DNA of 64,000 bases from a virus. Both the position numbers and the translations under genes were made by a program. Under the pieces are notes generated by a model, which ran no database searches, had not been told where the DNA came from, and saw nothing but the letters and a program-made list of their open reading frames with translations. Positions 25,802 through 36,151 of this stretch are shown in pieces. Where the stretch lies: positions 160,001 to 224,000 of IMG/VR virus record IMGVR_UViG_3300045988_155520. One strand, written 5' to 3'. Each line of letters opens with the position of its first letter. Position 1 is the first letter of the stretch.

Positions 25802-27619
25802 ATGAGAAGAAAGAAAAAAGAAGAAATTAAAGTATATAAGCCAAGCAAATATCAATTAGCTATATATGACTTTGTTGAACACGGTCTCGGTAATGCGGTT
25901 ATTTCAGCATCTGCAGGGTCTGGCAAAACATATACTATTATTAAATCTTTAGACTATATACCAGAAGATAAAAAAGTTCTTATTGTTGCTTTTAATAGAG
26001 ATATACGTCAAGAAATAAAAAAGAAAGTAGCACTTGCAGGTCATAAAAACGTTCAAGTTGAAACATTTCATAGCTTAGGATATAAGATATTAAATGCTAA
26101 TTTTAATAGACGCTTTATGAATACTGAACCAAATGAGTATAAGTATTCATCGTATATTAATAATAATATATCCAAACTTGCAACAATAAATACATTCCGT
26201 CTCGGTAAACAATTCTCTCAATATCTATCTAACATTCAAAGTCTTGTAAACTTTGGTAGATGTTACCTTTCAGAAACTGTGGAAGATTTAGAAAAAGTTT
26301 GTAGTAGATATGGTATTGTATGTGTAGGTGATGAGAAAGAAGTAGCTGTTAAAGTGTTAGAATGGGGCAAAACATATCTGGATGAAATTGATTATGGCGA
26401 TATGGTTTGGTTGCCTAATATTCTTCACCTTGATAGTAAGTTTTATAAGTATGATTGGATAATCGTAGATGAATGTCAAGACCTAAATATGGTAGAAAAA
26501 GACATGTTGTTTACTTGTCGAAGGATGGGCACACGAATGATGTTCTTTGGTGACAAAGCGCAAGCTATTTATTCTTTCTCTGGTGCAGATTCTGAAGCGT
26601 TCGACAAACTAAAAGAGTTGGAAGATACTATTCAGTTACCCCTTTCTATTAGTTATCGCTGTCCTAAGAATATTGTTGAGTATGTACACTATCTTGTACC
26701 AACCATGGAGTATGATAAAAAGAATAAAGTAAAAGGTGAAATCATACAAAATGCAAATCTATCAGATGTTAAAGACGGTGATATGATTTTATGCCGTAAC
26801 AATGCCCCTCTTGCACAAGTTTATATTGAACTATTAAAGAATGGTATAAAGGCTAAAATACTTGGTAAAGATTATTCTAACAACTTATCAAAAACGATAA
26901 GAAATACAAAAGAACAAATATTGAATGTAAATCTTGATAAACAAGGCGTTTTCTCAAAATTATATGATGTATTCTATGATTTCCTTGAAACAACAATGCG
27001 TAAGCAGAATATATCAAAGGAGGAAGCGTTAACAAGTGCATCTATCGTATCAAAACTTGACGAAATTAAAGTATTGGAGATTCTATCAGATGGCTTAACG
27101 ACCGCTAAGGAATTACAAGACCGTATCAAAGATATTTTTACTAATAATAAAGATAGCGGTATTATACTGTCAACAATTCACAAATCAAAAGGATTAGAGT
27201 CTCCAAATGTATATATAGCTTGCAAATCTCTCATGCCGTCTAAGACAGCAAAACAACCATGGGAGATAGAACAAGAAAATAATCTTATTTACGTTGCATA
27301 TACACGTACTAAGAACATATTGGGTTTTCTTGATGAAAGTGAGTTCAAACAGTTTGATGCATATAACCCAGAAACTATTCGTTCTCTTAAATCAAAACAG
27401 ATTGTTATTGATAAGTTATATAATAAGAAGAGAAACGAAGTGACAACAATAGACCAAGCAAGACATATTATAGAAACTGCAACAACAATTAGTGAAACAG
27501 CAGATACTAAAAATGAATTTGTTATAGAGTCTAAAAATAAACCTAAAAATGCTATTGAAGCATTTGGAAATTTAATGAAAAGTAAAAAAACAAGAATAAT
27601 AAGGAGAATTAAAAAATGA
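25802..27619 (+). CDS. UvrD/PcrA-like SF1 DNA helicase
   Basis: Motifs ASAGSGKTYT (Walker A), IIVDECQDLN, QAIYSFSGAD, SYRCPKNIV, TIHKSKGLE and VAYTRTKN. Confidence 0.85.
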   Translation: MRRKKKEEIKVYKPSKYQLAIYDFVEHGLGNAVISASAGSGKTYTIIKSLDYIPEDKKVLIVAFNRDIRQEIKKKVALAGHKNVQVETFHSLGYKILNANFNRRFMNTEPNEYKYSSYINNNISKLATINTFRLGKQFSQYLSNIQSLVNFGRCYLSETVEDLEKVCSRYGIVCVGDEKEVAVKVLEWGKTYLDEIDYGDMVWLPNILHLDSKFYKYDWIIVDECQDLNMVEKDMLFTCRRMGTRMMFFGDKAQAIYSFSGADSEAFDKLKELEDTIQLPLSISYRCPKNIVEYVHYLVPTMEYDKKNKVKGEIIQNANLSDVKDGDMILCRNNAPLAQVYIELLKNGIKAKILGKDYSNNLSKTIRNTKEQILNVNLDKQGVFSKLYDVFYDFLETTMRKQNISKEEALTSASIVSKLDEIKVLEILSDGLTTAKELQDRIKDIFTNNKDSGIILSTIHKSKGLESPNVYIACKSLMPSKTAKQPWEIEQENNLIYVAYTRTKNILGFLDESEFKQFDAYNPETIRSLKSKQIVIDKLYNKKRNEVTTIDQARHIIETATTISETADTKNEFVIESKNKPKNAIEAFGNLMKSKKTRIIRRIKK

Positions 27620-27903
27620 GTAAAGTTAAGAAGATTGTTAAATTATCAGCAGTATGGTGCGCACCATGTAAGGCTTATGCAAGTGTTTTTGAAGAGGTAT
27701 CTAAGAAAGACGAAAACAAAGATATTAAGTTTGTGTCTTATGATGTAGAAGACGATGATGAAGGCAATGAGTTAGCCGAGAAGTATCATGTAAGAAATAT
27801 TCCTACCTCGTTATTCTTTGATGAGAATGATGAACTCATTTACAAGTTAAGTGGTAGTGTTAATAGTAATATTCTACAAGATTTAATTAATAAACACAAT
27901 TAA
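27616..27903 (+). CDS. Thioredoxin
   Basis: WCAPCK active site; 95 aa; 4-nt overlap with the helicase gene. Confidence 0.85.
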   Translation: MSKVKKIVKLSAVWCAPCKAYASVFEEVSKKDENKDIKFVSYDVEDDDEGNELAEKYHVRNIPTSLFFDENDELIYKLSGSVNSNILQDLINKHN

Positions 27904-27904
27904 T

Positions 27905-28795
27905 ATGATTATAGGATTAAGTGGAAGAATGATGTCTGGTAAGTCTGAACTTACCAAACTTCTCATTGAGAAAGGTTATAAAAGCATTTATTTTGCACAG
28001 CCTCTTAAGAAAATGTGTATGGAATGGTTAAACGTTGCAAATATAGACGTTTTTAACGAAATGAAAAACACTAATGAGGAATTGAACATTCTCTTTGATA
28101 AAGATGCGTGTGAATACTTTGCTAAACGTATTGAAGTACCGACTGATGTTATCTGGAATATTGTTCAGAAAGAAAATATAAATGGTGTAATGATTAAAAA
28201 TGTACGTCATTTGCTTCAGTTCTTAGGTACAAATATCATACGATATATTAATCCTGATTGGCATATGGAGAAAATCAGGGAATATATCCAATTACATCCT
28301 GCCGATTACGTTATAGAAGATGTACGTTTTCCAAACGAAAAAAGAATGATTGAAGAAATGGGCGGTGATACTTGGTATATAGTAAGACCTGATATTTCTA
28401 ATGTATCAAATCACCTCTCAGAAATATCTCTTAATTGGCAACTGTTCGGAAATAACGTACTGTTCAATGATGGTACACTTGATGAATTATTGAATAAGTG
28501 GTCTAATTTCATTGATGATTATCAACATAATAAAGAATTAAGAGATGAAACAATGGAGTTATTAAAGAAAGAAAAAACATCAGACGCATTTAACTTATGT
28601 GATAAATTGATGATTTCTCCAGAGTTCTTTAATTACAGACCTTTTGGATATGACCCTGATATTAAGAATGAAGCAACAATAGAACCTGTTATTGAAGACG
28701 GAAAATATAAAGTTGCAATTCTATGGAATGACGGTCGTAAACCAGATGTAATATCTAATCCTCTTAATATAGAAGATTTTAAAAATCTGTTGTAA
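27905..28795 (+). CDS. dNMP kinase (T4 gp1-like) with a C-terminal extension
   Basis: IGLSGRMMSGKSE, FAQPLKKM, LLQFLGTNIIR, VIEDVRFPNE, WYIVRP and NDGTLDEL parallel T4 gp1 motifs as recalled. Confidence 0.7.
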   Translation: MIIGLSGRMMSGKSELTKLLIEKGYKSIYFAQPLKKMCMEWLNVANIDVFNEMKNTNEELNILFDKDACEYFAKRIEVPTDVIWNIVQKENINGVMIKNVRHLLQFLGTNIIRYINPDWHMEKIREYIQLHPADYVIEDVRFPNEKRMIEEMGGDTWYIVRPDISNVSNHLSEISLNWQLFGNNVLFNDGTLDELLNKWSNFIDDYQHNKELRDETMELLKKEKTSDAFNLCDKLMISPEFFNYRPFGYDPDIKNEATIEPVIEDGKYKVAILWNDGRKPDVISNPLNIEDFKNLL

Positions 28796-28797
28796 AT

Positions 28798-29418
28798 ATG
28801 AAGACCTATGATATGAAATTTAATGATGGTGAAAAAATTTATTTCACATCTGATACACATTTCAATCACGAAAATATAATCAAATTCTGCAATCGACCAT
28901 ATAAATCGGTTGCAGAAATGAATAATGATATGATTGAGAAGTGGAATAATAAAGTTCCAAAAGATGCCTTAGTATTCCATCTCGGAGATTTTGCCTATGG
29001 TAAATTCGTTGAAACAAAAGAAATAAGAGATAAACTGAATGGTAAAATAATTCTCATCAAAGGTAATCACGATTGGAAAAATAACGCATCATCACCTACT
29101 CAAGAAAAGATATTATTTGAAAACGTTTATAATCAACTATTGATTAAAATTGATAAACGATATGTTTATTTAAATCATTATCCGTTCTTATGTTACGCTG
29201 GTACGTATTCGGATGTTGAGGACCAATATTATCAATTATTCGGACACGTCCATTCGAGAAATAAAATGCAATCTACAGGGAAAGATGATGAACGACTTAA
29301 ATATCTATTTCCAACACAATATGATGTCGGTGTAGACAATAATGATTTTACACCATTATCATGGAAAGATGTAGATAATATAATTTCTTATCAAGTTAAT
29401 TCATATTATAAAAAGTAA
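28798..29418 (+). CDS. Calcineurin-like metallophosphoesterase
   Basis: Motifs SDTHFNH, HLGDF, KGNHD and GHVH. Confidence 0.75.
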   Translation: MKTYDMKFNDGEKIYFTSDTHFNHENIIKFCNRPYKSVAEMNNDMIEKWNNKVPKDALVFHLGDFAYGKFVETKEIRDKLNGKIILIKGNHDWKNNASSPTQEKILFENVYNQLLIKIDKRYVYLNHYPFLCYAGTYSDVEDQYYQLFGHVHSRNKMQSTGKDDERLKYLFPTQYDVGVDNNDFTPLSWKDVDNIISYQVNSYYKK

Positions 29419-29424
29419 AAAAAT

Positions 29425-30294
29425 ATGGTAGAAAAACAAACAGCATATCTCGTTGGTAGCAAAGATAAAGATAGCTCATTTTACTACGAAGTTGGTAAAG
29501 AATATAAAGGACATTTTACCACAGGTGGTTATCATGTATACGATACAATATTAGATGCATTAAAATATTGTTTTATATATAGTAGTGATGTATTCGAATG
29601 TATATGTTATGATGTTGAAAAAAATAATTTATTAACTTTAACATGTAAAAGAATGAAAGTTCTTCACAAACTTACATTAGAAGATATTTTGACAGAAGTA
29701 AAAAGACATTACGAAACCATTTCAAATATTGCATATAGAAAAACTGATAAACTCTTTATTTCTCATAAAGATTCCTATGAATATACAAAATGTTATGACG
29801 AAGTGAAAGCTACATTCCTATTACGTAGTGCATGTGGTAGATTTGACAATTGTAGTCAATTTAATGATTCATTGTTAATTGAAGATGAAATAAAATGTAA
29901 TTTGACTTCTCATCATAATACAGCTGTATCATTCGGAGATTTCAATAAGATAAATTCAAATGGTGATTTTAATACAATTATTACTTATGGAGATGATAAT
30001 AATATAAATGTTAATAGCAGTAATAATAAAATTATATCATTAGGTGGAAACACTATTATTATGTGCAATGGTGAAAATAATAGTATTGTATGTAATAGCT
30101 GTCATAACACTATTTTCCTATATGGTAGACATAACCATGTACAAGCTGAATGTGGAACTAAAATAGTTTTCTCAGATTATTGTAACACTGATTCTAAAGA
30201 TTATACTACTGTGTGTGTTTTCACTATTGATAGAAAAGAATTTCATCCAAATGTGTGGTATACAATGGAAAATGGAAAGATAACTGAATGTTGA
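29425..30294 (+). CDS. Hypothetical protein (289 aa) with a C-terminal N/G-rich beta-solenoid-like repeat; intact paralog of 22733..23605
   Basis: ORF track. Shared ends ...VKPDTWYIIENGEIKEC / ...HPNVWYTMENGKITEC. Confidence 0.7.
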   Translation: MVEKQTAYLVGSKDKDSSFYYEVGKEYKGHFTTGGYHVYDTILDALKYCFIYSSDVFECICYDVEKNNLLTLTCKRMKVLHKLTLEDILTEVKRHYETISNIAYRKTDKLFISHKDSYEYTKCYDEVKATFLLRSACGRFDNCSQFNDSLLIEDEIKCNLTSHHNTAVSFGDFNKINSNGDFNTIITYGDDNNINVNSSNNKIISLGGNTIIMCNGENNSIVCNSCHNTIFLYGRHNHVQAECGTKIVFSDYCNTDSKDYTTVCVFTIDRKEFHPNVWYTMENGKITEC

Positions 30295-30309
30295 TACCAA
30301 TAATACAAA

Positions 30310-30334
30310 AAGCGGTCGATTTTTTCGACCGCTT
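30310..30334. terminator. Bidirectional hairpin terminator
   Basis: AAGCGGTCGA-TTTTT-TCGACCGCTT. Confidence 0.75.
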
Positions 30335-30654
30335 TACTTTTCTTCCTCTGTTTCTTCATTAACGTCTAAACTACGTTTATTCTGCCTTCTATCAACTAAT
30401 GCTTTAGTTAAACCAGAACCTGCCATGTAACCACCAGTGCATAAAATAAAGAACCCAGCATCCCATAGACTTGTCTTGATATAACCATTTGCAGTTACAT
30501 CATATACAAGCACAAAACAAATAGTTAAGTTTACAAGAGCACTTATTATCGCTGATAACATTAAGACAAAGTTCTTTGTACTATTTGATGAATGTGTATC
30601 AAGTAATGACTTAAAATACTCAGTAGTTTTCATAGTTCTTTGTGTTTTTCCCAT
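30334..30654 (-). CDS. Two-TM membrane protein (106 aa); possible holin
   Basis: Hydrophobic segments FVLMLSAIISALVNLTICFVLVY and AGFFILCTGGYMAGSGL. The function is inferred. Confidence 0.55.
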   Translation of the reverse strand: MGKTQRTMKTTEYFKSLLDTHSSNSTKNFVLMLSAIISALVNLTICFVLVYDVTANGYIKTSLWDAGFFILCTGGYMAGSGLTKALVDRRQNKRSLDVNEETEEEK

Positions 30655-30677
30655 ATAATATTATTGTTGTTTACTAA

Positions 30678-30869
30678 TTAAAGGATAAGACCAGTACGTT
30701 TGAACATTTCCATTACGTTTTTCTTCTGTGTTTCAATCGTCTCTTCTAATTCTTTTTCTTTTGCTTTAGATGATTTATATGCATCAACAGCATCTCCACC
30801 AAGCATATTAGCTATGTCAGAACCAGTTAAATTAATTGTTTCTCTAATCATTCTTTTCTTCTTTATCAT
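30678..30869 (-). CDS. Hypothetical protein (63 aa)
   Basis: ORF track. Confidence 0.5.
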   Translation of the reverse strand: MIKKKRMIRETINLTGSDIANMLGGDAVDAYKSSKAKEKELEETIETQKKNVMEMFKRTGLIL

Positions 30870-32247
30870 TTTCTTTAAAGTAATCTAAAATATTATTTGT
30901 TATATATGTGGCAGCACCTGCAATTGAATCAAATACAACACCAGCATTTTTCCTATTGCCTCCCCATCCTGCTATATAATTCAAAGATGTATCATCTTCT
31001 ATATCTAATTCTTTTAATACAACCAATGCTGTTAATTCCGCCTGTTGTTCAACAAGTGCACGACCAGCTGATGTACCAACGAAATAGTCTTTCACTTCAG
31101 GATTCTTAGACTTAAGATAAGTAAAATGTAATAACTGATGAGCCGTTTCATGTATGACTGTATTTAACATTCCGACATTTCTTGGCGCATTCTGAATTAA
31201 ATTAATAACACCAGTAGACGTTGCGTTTCCTTTAGCACCTCCTAACTCTTCTTCTGATTTATATTGTATATTAACACCAGCTTTCTGTGCTACAGCGATA
31301 GCTGCATCAATTAAATCAGACATATATTCATTTTCTTCGGCATCATAACTATTCCAAGGAAGATTGTTTATAGCACTTGGGTCGCCATAAATGTCTTCTT
31401 TATATTCTATCTGTTTTGTAAAACGTACATCACACCAATTAGGGCTAAAAGAGAACCCACGACTTGCATCATTTGTATTTAAAAGCACTCTAAGGCGTTC
31501 TTTTTCTCCAGGTGTTAAATCATCCACGGACTCTTTTTCAACGCTCTCTAAGAACTTTAAAGTGGTTCTTTCACGTTCTTCTTTTGTTCTATATAACTTA
31601 GAACCATTCGGTCTAAACATACATATTCTCAAAGCATCATGATTGACACTCCTATTAAGTTCTCCCCAGTTAGTATCAGACCTAACATCAGTAGCTTTTG
31701 CATCCTGAATATAAATCAACAAAGTATTACGTATAGAATAAGCATAACCGCAAGATGCACGTAATTTAAGTATAGGTGCTATTTTATCAATGAAATCTTT
31801 AGAAGACATTGTTGAAATAATATCTTCTTTTATTTGTGTTAACTTGTCTGTTACTTCATTTTTAGACATACATTTAACACTACCTTGATTAACAATATCT
31901 GTGTCTTCGGAAGCATTCTTCATATCGTTAATTAGTTGGTCAATAACATCAACAAATTCTCTTTTCTGACCATTTTCCTCAGAAGGTTGTTCAACGGATG
32001 TTAAAAACTCTATCGCTGGTTTTACTTGTGTTTCGATACGTGGGTCATTAGGGCTTTTAAGCCACCATACCCAAGCACCTCTTCTTCCAATTCCACTCAT
32101 AAAAGAAGCACCAAACTCATTCTTCAATTTATCTTTATATTGAAAGGTATTCTCACTACTTGAAGAATCTATATAAGCCATTAGCTTTTTCTTACCTTTG
32201 TTGGTGGTGTAATATCCAGTCCTGTAATCAAAAATCTCGTTAATCAT
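30844..32247 (-). CDS. HExxH zinc-metallopeptidase-motif protein with an ArdC-like N-terminal region (467 aa)
   Basis: Carries VIHETAHQLLH. The segment YSIRNTLLIYIQDAKATDVRSDTNWGELNRSV resembles the ArdC ssDNA-binding domain pattern (from memory). Confidence 0.45.
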   Translation of the reverse strand: MINEIFDYRTGYYTTNKGKKKLMAYIDSSSSENTFQYKDKLKNEFGASFMSGIGRRGAWVWWLKSPNDPRIETQVKPAIEFLTSVEQPSEENGQKREFVDVIDQLINDMKNASEDTDIVNQGSVKCMSKNEVTDKLTQIKEDIISTMSSKDFIDKIAPILKLRASCGYAYSIRNTLLIYIQDAKATDVRSDTNWGELNRSVNHDALRICMFRPNGSKLYRTKEERERTTLKFLESVEKESVDDLTPGEKERLRVLLNTNDASRGFSFSPNWCDVRFTKQIEYKEDIYGDPSAINNLPWNSYDAEENEYMSDLIDAAIAVAQKAGVNIQYKSEEELGGAKGNATSTGVINLIQNAPRNVGMLNTVIHETAHQLLHFTYLKSKNPEVKDYFVGTSAGRALVEQQAELTALVVLKELDIEDDTSLNYIAGWGGNRKNAGVVFDSIAGAATYITNNILDYFKENDKEEKND

Positions 32248-32260
32248 TCTTTTTAAGTAA

Positions 32261-32275
32261 TTTTAATATAAATAT
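32261..32275 (-). promoter_or_regulatory. Copy of the conserved 15-mer (sense ATATTTATATTAAAA)
   Basis: Lies 13 nt upstream of ATG 32247, in a divergent region. Confidence 0.4.
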
Positions 32276-32381
32276 TTTGCATTATTAATTATGTATATAA
32301 TTAAAGTTATACATATATTTATACATATAAAAAGATAATGTAAATACGAGTGAAATAATATGAGAAAATTAATTAAAGTAT

Positions 32382-33616
32382 ATGGAAACAATAGCTGAAT
32401 TATTAATAAAAATATCAACCATAAAAAATGAATTAAAAGAAACCATTAATTGTTTGGGTGGATTTGCTGATAATGATTTTACAAAATATAAGGAATATTT
32501 AATTAAATTTTATATTGAGGGAGGAGGGGCTAATGGAAATTATATTGAAAAGTTAGAAATACCATCTTATGTAACTAATATTAGTAATTATAGGTTTAAG
32601 TTGTCAAAATTTAAAGAAGTGGTAGTACCCAGTAGTGTTCAAGTTATTAATGATGGGGCGTTTTGTTATAACTCAAATCTTAAAAAAGTTACATTGAATG
32701 AAGGTGTTATGAGTATTGGGAGTGAGGTATTTAGTCAATGTACGAATTTGGAGGAAATTAATCTCCCTGATAGTTTAAGTTATATGAACAATAAATGTTT
32801 TGATAATTGTCAAAAATTGAAATCAATAACTTTACCAAGTAATTTACAAGGTCTTGGACAGAGTTGCTTTAATCAATGTAAATCATTAACAGAGGTTACT
32901 TTTCCTAAGAAAATTAAAAATACAGGAAGTTACAGTTTTGGATGGTGTAGTGGATTAACTACAGTAACAATTCCAAAAACAGTAGGAAGTATTAGTAATA
33001 GTACATTTACAAACTGCACATCTCTAAAAAAAGTTATATTTGTTGAGGGGGAAAAAGAACAAAATCCATTCTTTCCACCATTTATGATGCGAGGTGGAAT
33101 AATTGAAGATAGCGCTTTTGAAAATTGTAAATCGTTAACTGAAATTACAATACCTGATGATTTTGAGAACTTGAGTAGAAGAGTTTTTTATAATGCAGTA
33201 ATTTAACAGGTGTGACACTTTCAAATAAAGTGATAAATATTGGTGATGAGGCATTTGGGAATTGTTTAAAACTAACGGAAGTAACGATTCCTGATAGTGT
33301 AAAATATATTGGTAAATTTTGTTTTTTTGGTTGCACTTCATTAACGGCACTTACAATACCGAGTGGTGTAATCGAAATAAATACAAGGATGTTTGGAAAC
33401 TGCACATCGTTAACAACACTTAATTTGTCTAAAAATATTAAGTCTATACATGATGGTATATTCTTTGGTTGTACACAGCCAATAAGAATTAATTATAATG
33501 GTACACGTAACGAATGGATAAGTATAAAAAGAGAAGAAACAGATATACCAAGTGGTAGTAAATTAGTATGTACTGATGGTGAATATACGCTTGACAGAAC
33601 ATTAACACCGTCATAA
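32382..33616 (+). pseudogene. BspA-type LRR protein split by a 1-nt frame offset near 33194..33203 (track ORFs 32382..33206 and 33212..33616)
   Basis: The repeat register continues across the break: ...RRVFYN / CSNLTGVTLSNKVINIGDEAFGNC in the -1 frame. Confidence 0.65.
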
Positions 33617-33746
33617 ATAAATGCAATTTATATAATGTGTGGAGAATTTTGTGGTTATCCAATTTTTAATTGATATTTATTAATAGCGAGCTATCCATTA
33701 GCTAAAGACTCATAGGTAGATTGCAGCATAGTAACGAATATTAAAT

Positions 33747-34013
33747 ATGGTTAATATAAAGAAGATAATAAATGAAGAGTTAAACAACATTGCTCAAGAA
33801 AAAGATGGTGGGCAAGTATATAATGGTATCATTAAAAGCCTTGACCATGTTGATATGGTTTTTGATTCAATTGAAGACGGTCTGAATATAGTCAGACAAG
33901 AAAATGGTTACACAAAACGAAAATTTTATAGACTTGCAAAAGATGCTCAACGCATACGAAAATCTATACAAAACCTAAGAGATATTATGAAAAAAACATA
34001 TTATAATATATAA
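33747..34013 (+). CDS. Hypothetical protein (88 aa)
   Basis: ORF track. Confidence 0.6.
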   Translation: MVNIKKIINEELNNIAQEKDGGQVYNGIIKSLDHVDMVFDSIEDGLNIVRQENGYTKRKFYRLAKDAQRIRKSIQNLRDIMKKTYYNI

Positions 34014-34016
34014 ATT

Positions 34017-34727
34017 ATGAAAAACGTTAAATTATTTACAACAAAACAACTAAGAAGTGATTATGAAGACTCAAGTAACTACACAGAACCATACGTAAGT
34101 CTGGAAGAAGAGGGTAATGAAGTAAAATATAATAATATATCAATTATTAGAATTACAGTAAAAGATGGAGGAAATGCTACATTACAAGGAGGTATTACTC
34201 TTAAACCTGGAGAACATGTTATAAATATGAAACAGAATTATTCGTTACCACTTGGAATTACTAATGGAAAGGAGTACATTGAAGAAGTAGATTTATTTGA
34301 TTATAATGAGACATCTGTAGGACGTTCACTTTTTGAAGGTTTTACTAACTTAAGAAAAGTTTACCTATCTAATAAAATAACTGCTATAGAAGATTGGGCT
34401 TTCAACCGTTGTACTAACTTGGAAGAAGTTATAAATACTGAAAATATTTCCAGCATAGGACTTAACAGCTTCTCTGATTGTAGTAGTTTAGAAAAAATCA
34501 CATTCTCAGATAAAATTAACACTATTTCTCCTTATTCTTTTAAGAATAGTACCAGTTTAAAAAATATAATATTCAATTCGGATACTCCAAAAGATACATT
34601 TCTAAATATATTACAACAAATACCTACTATTCAAAGTATCTATGTTCCACAAGATGCGGTACGAACATATAAGACAGCTTCTGGATGGTCAAGTTATACT
34701 TCTATGATTAAACCAATAGAGCAATAG
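34017..34727 (+). CDS. BspA-type LRR protein (236 aa), intact
   Basis: Repeats such as FEGFTNLRKVYLSNKITAIEDWAFNRCTNLEEV. Confidence 0.75.
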   Translation: MKNVKLFTTKQLRSDYEDSSNYTEPYVSLEEEGNEVKYNNISIIRITVKDGGNATLQGGITLKPGEHVINMKQNYSLPLGITNGKEYIEEVDLFDYNETSVGRSLFEGFTNLRKVYLSNKITAIEDWAFNRCTNLEEVINTENISSIGLNSFSDCSSLEKITFSDKINTISPYSFKNSTSLKNIIFNSDTPKDTFLNILQQIPTIQSIYVPQDAVRTYKTASGWSSYTSMIKPIEQ

Positions 34728-34748
34728 ATTGTAATTATACAATTTATA

Positions 34749-34786
34749 AATCGGTATTACTGCAGATTTTAGCAATAATACCGATT
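34749..34786. terminator. Bidirectional hairpin terminator
   Basis: AATCGGTATTA-N16-TAATACCGATT (11 bp). Confidence 0.7.
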
Positions 34787-34814
34787 ATTATTTTATTAAT
34801 GAATAAATACAAAA

Positions 34815-35174
34815 TTAAACAGCTACAGCAGCCATTTCCACACCTCCAGCAGCGCCTTCAATACCACCAGCAAGACCTTCAGCACCTCCTGCCATTCCTT
34901 CCATTCCACCAGCAGAACCTTCTGAACTTCCACCTAAAGCATTTCCAGATAAGTTAGTGGAAGGAAGGTTGGAATTATTTGAAATATTTCCACCATTATT
35001 ATTCATTTTACCATCAACAGCATCTGAACCATTAGAATATCCATCTTTGAAATCTTTTATAGGATTCCATGACTTTATTTCATCTGGAACAAGTGAAGAT
35101 ACGCTACCATTTTCTTCAGTGTCTTCTTTTAAAAATCTTTTTATCTCTTCATTAACGATTTTTCTAATATTCAT
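34815..35174 (-). CDS. Hypothetical protein (119 aa) with a Gly/Ala-rich C-terminus
   Basis: ORF track. Repeat AGGMEGMAGGAEGLAGGIEGAAGG. Confidence 0.6.
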   Translation of the reverse strand: MNIRKIVNEEIKRFLKEDTEENGSVSSLVPDEIKSWNPIKDFKDGYSNGSDAVDGKMNNNGGNISNNSNLPSTNLSGNALGGSSEGSAGGMEGMAGGAEGLAGGIEGAAGGVEMAAVAV

Positions 35175-35177
35175 AAA

Positions 35178-35456
35178 CTATTTTTTTTCTTTATAAATAG
35201 TTTCATTTTCAAGATGGTCTATAAATTTATTAAGTTCACTTCTTAATAACTTCATTTTTTCTAAAAAATCGTATACGCTATCATCCTTACTCTTATGTAA
35301 TCTAATAGAGCCGTGGCAATCATTAACTTCGAGAAACAAATTGCGATACATATTATCTTGTGATTCAAATTCTCCATCATAACATACAACAGAACCTGTA
35401 GATGGAGAATCTTCTCTATTTAGCCACTTTCGAGTGGAATAAAATGTTTTAAACAT
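35178..35456 (-). CDS. Hypothetical protein (92 aa)
   Basis: ORF track. Confidence 0.6.
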   Translation of the reverse strand: MFKTFYSTRKWLNREDSPSTGSVVCYDGEFESQDNMYRNLFLEVNDCHGSIRLHKSKDDSVYDFLEKMKLLRSELNKFIDHLENETIYKEKK

Positions 35457-35748
35457 ATTTTTCTAATTCTTTAACAAATTCAGCAGCATTTGGGCCGACA
35501 TGTTCCCATTCCTTCAAATCTTCCCAATTTCTTTTCAATTCTTCTTCGGAAGCATTATTTAAAAACTCATTCAGTTCTTTAAGTAATGAAGAGATAGACT
35601 CTTTATATTGTTCATGAATTTCATTCTCATCTGTAATAACATATGGACCTATTTCATTCAAATAGTCAAATTCTTCCATATCTTTATCTAAAATATCTTT
35701 TGGTGTATTATTGAAATATTCTTCAAGTTGTTCCACTAATTTTCCCAT
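35449..35748 (-). CDS. Hypothetical acidic protein (99 aa)
   Basis: ORF track. Confidence 0.6.
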   Translation of the reverse strand: MGKLVEQLEEYFNNTPKDILDKDMEEFDYLNEIGPYVITDENEIHEQYKESISSLLKELNEFLNNASEEELKRNWEDLKEWEHVGPNAAEFVKELEKYV

Positions 35749-35974
35749 AATTATTAATATAATTCTTTAATTTCTTAATTTCATCTTTATTCCAATAATC
35801 GAAAACTAAAGATATAGCATATTCACCATTCTCTTCTTGTTTTATTCTCGGAGTTGACATACTTGAGTCTTTTAACAGAAAGTTCCCTAATAAAATTTTT
35901 TTTCCTATATTTTCTCTCTCTTTCTTAGCCTGCTCACACCAGTCATTATACATTTTTTCTACGTTCATTTCCAT
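35723..35974 (-). CDS. Hypothetical protein (83 aa)
   Basis: ORF track; -7 box at 35992..35999. Confidence 0.6.
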   Translation of the reverse strand: MEMNVEKMYNDWCEQAKKERENIGKKILLGNFLLKDSSMSTPRIKQEENGEYAISLVFDYWNKDEIKKLKNYINNYGKISGTT

Positions 35975-35991
35975 ATCTTATATTTTTTCAG

Positions 35992-35999
35992 CAAAAGTA
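35992..35999 (-). promoter_or_regulatory. Bacteroidota-type -7 box
   Basis: Sense TACTTTTG, 18 nt upstream of ATG 35974. Confidence 0.5.
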
Positions 36000-36074
36000 C
36001 ACATAAAAAATTATATTACCAAATATTTTAAATAAATTTATATATTATTATTTGGTATTATGAAAAATAAACTA

Positions 36075-36082
36075 TATCTTTG
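36075..36082 (+). promoter_or_regulatory. Bacteroidota-type -7 box
   Basis: TATCTTTG, about 70 nt upstream of ATG 36152. Confidence 0.5.
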
Positions 36083-36151
36083 CAATAATAAAAATTCTGC
36101 TTCATTTTAATATACTATTAAAACGATGCAAAAATATTAAAATATATTCAC

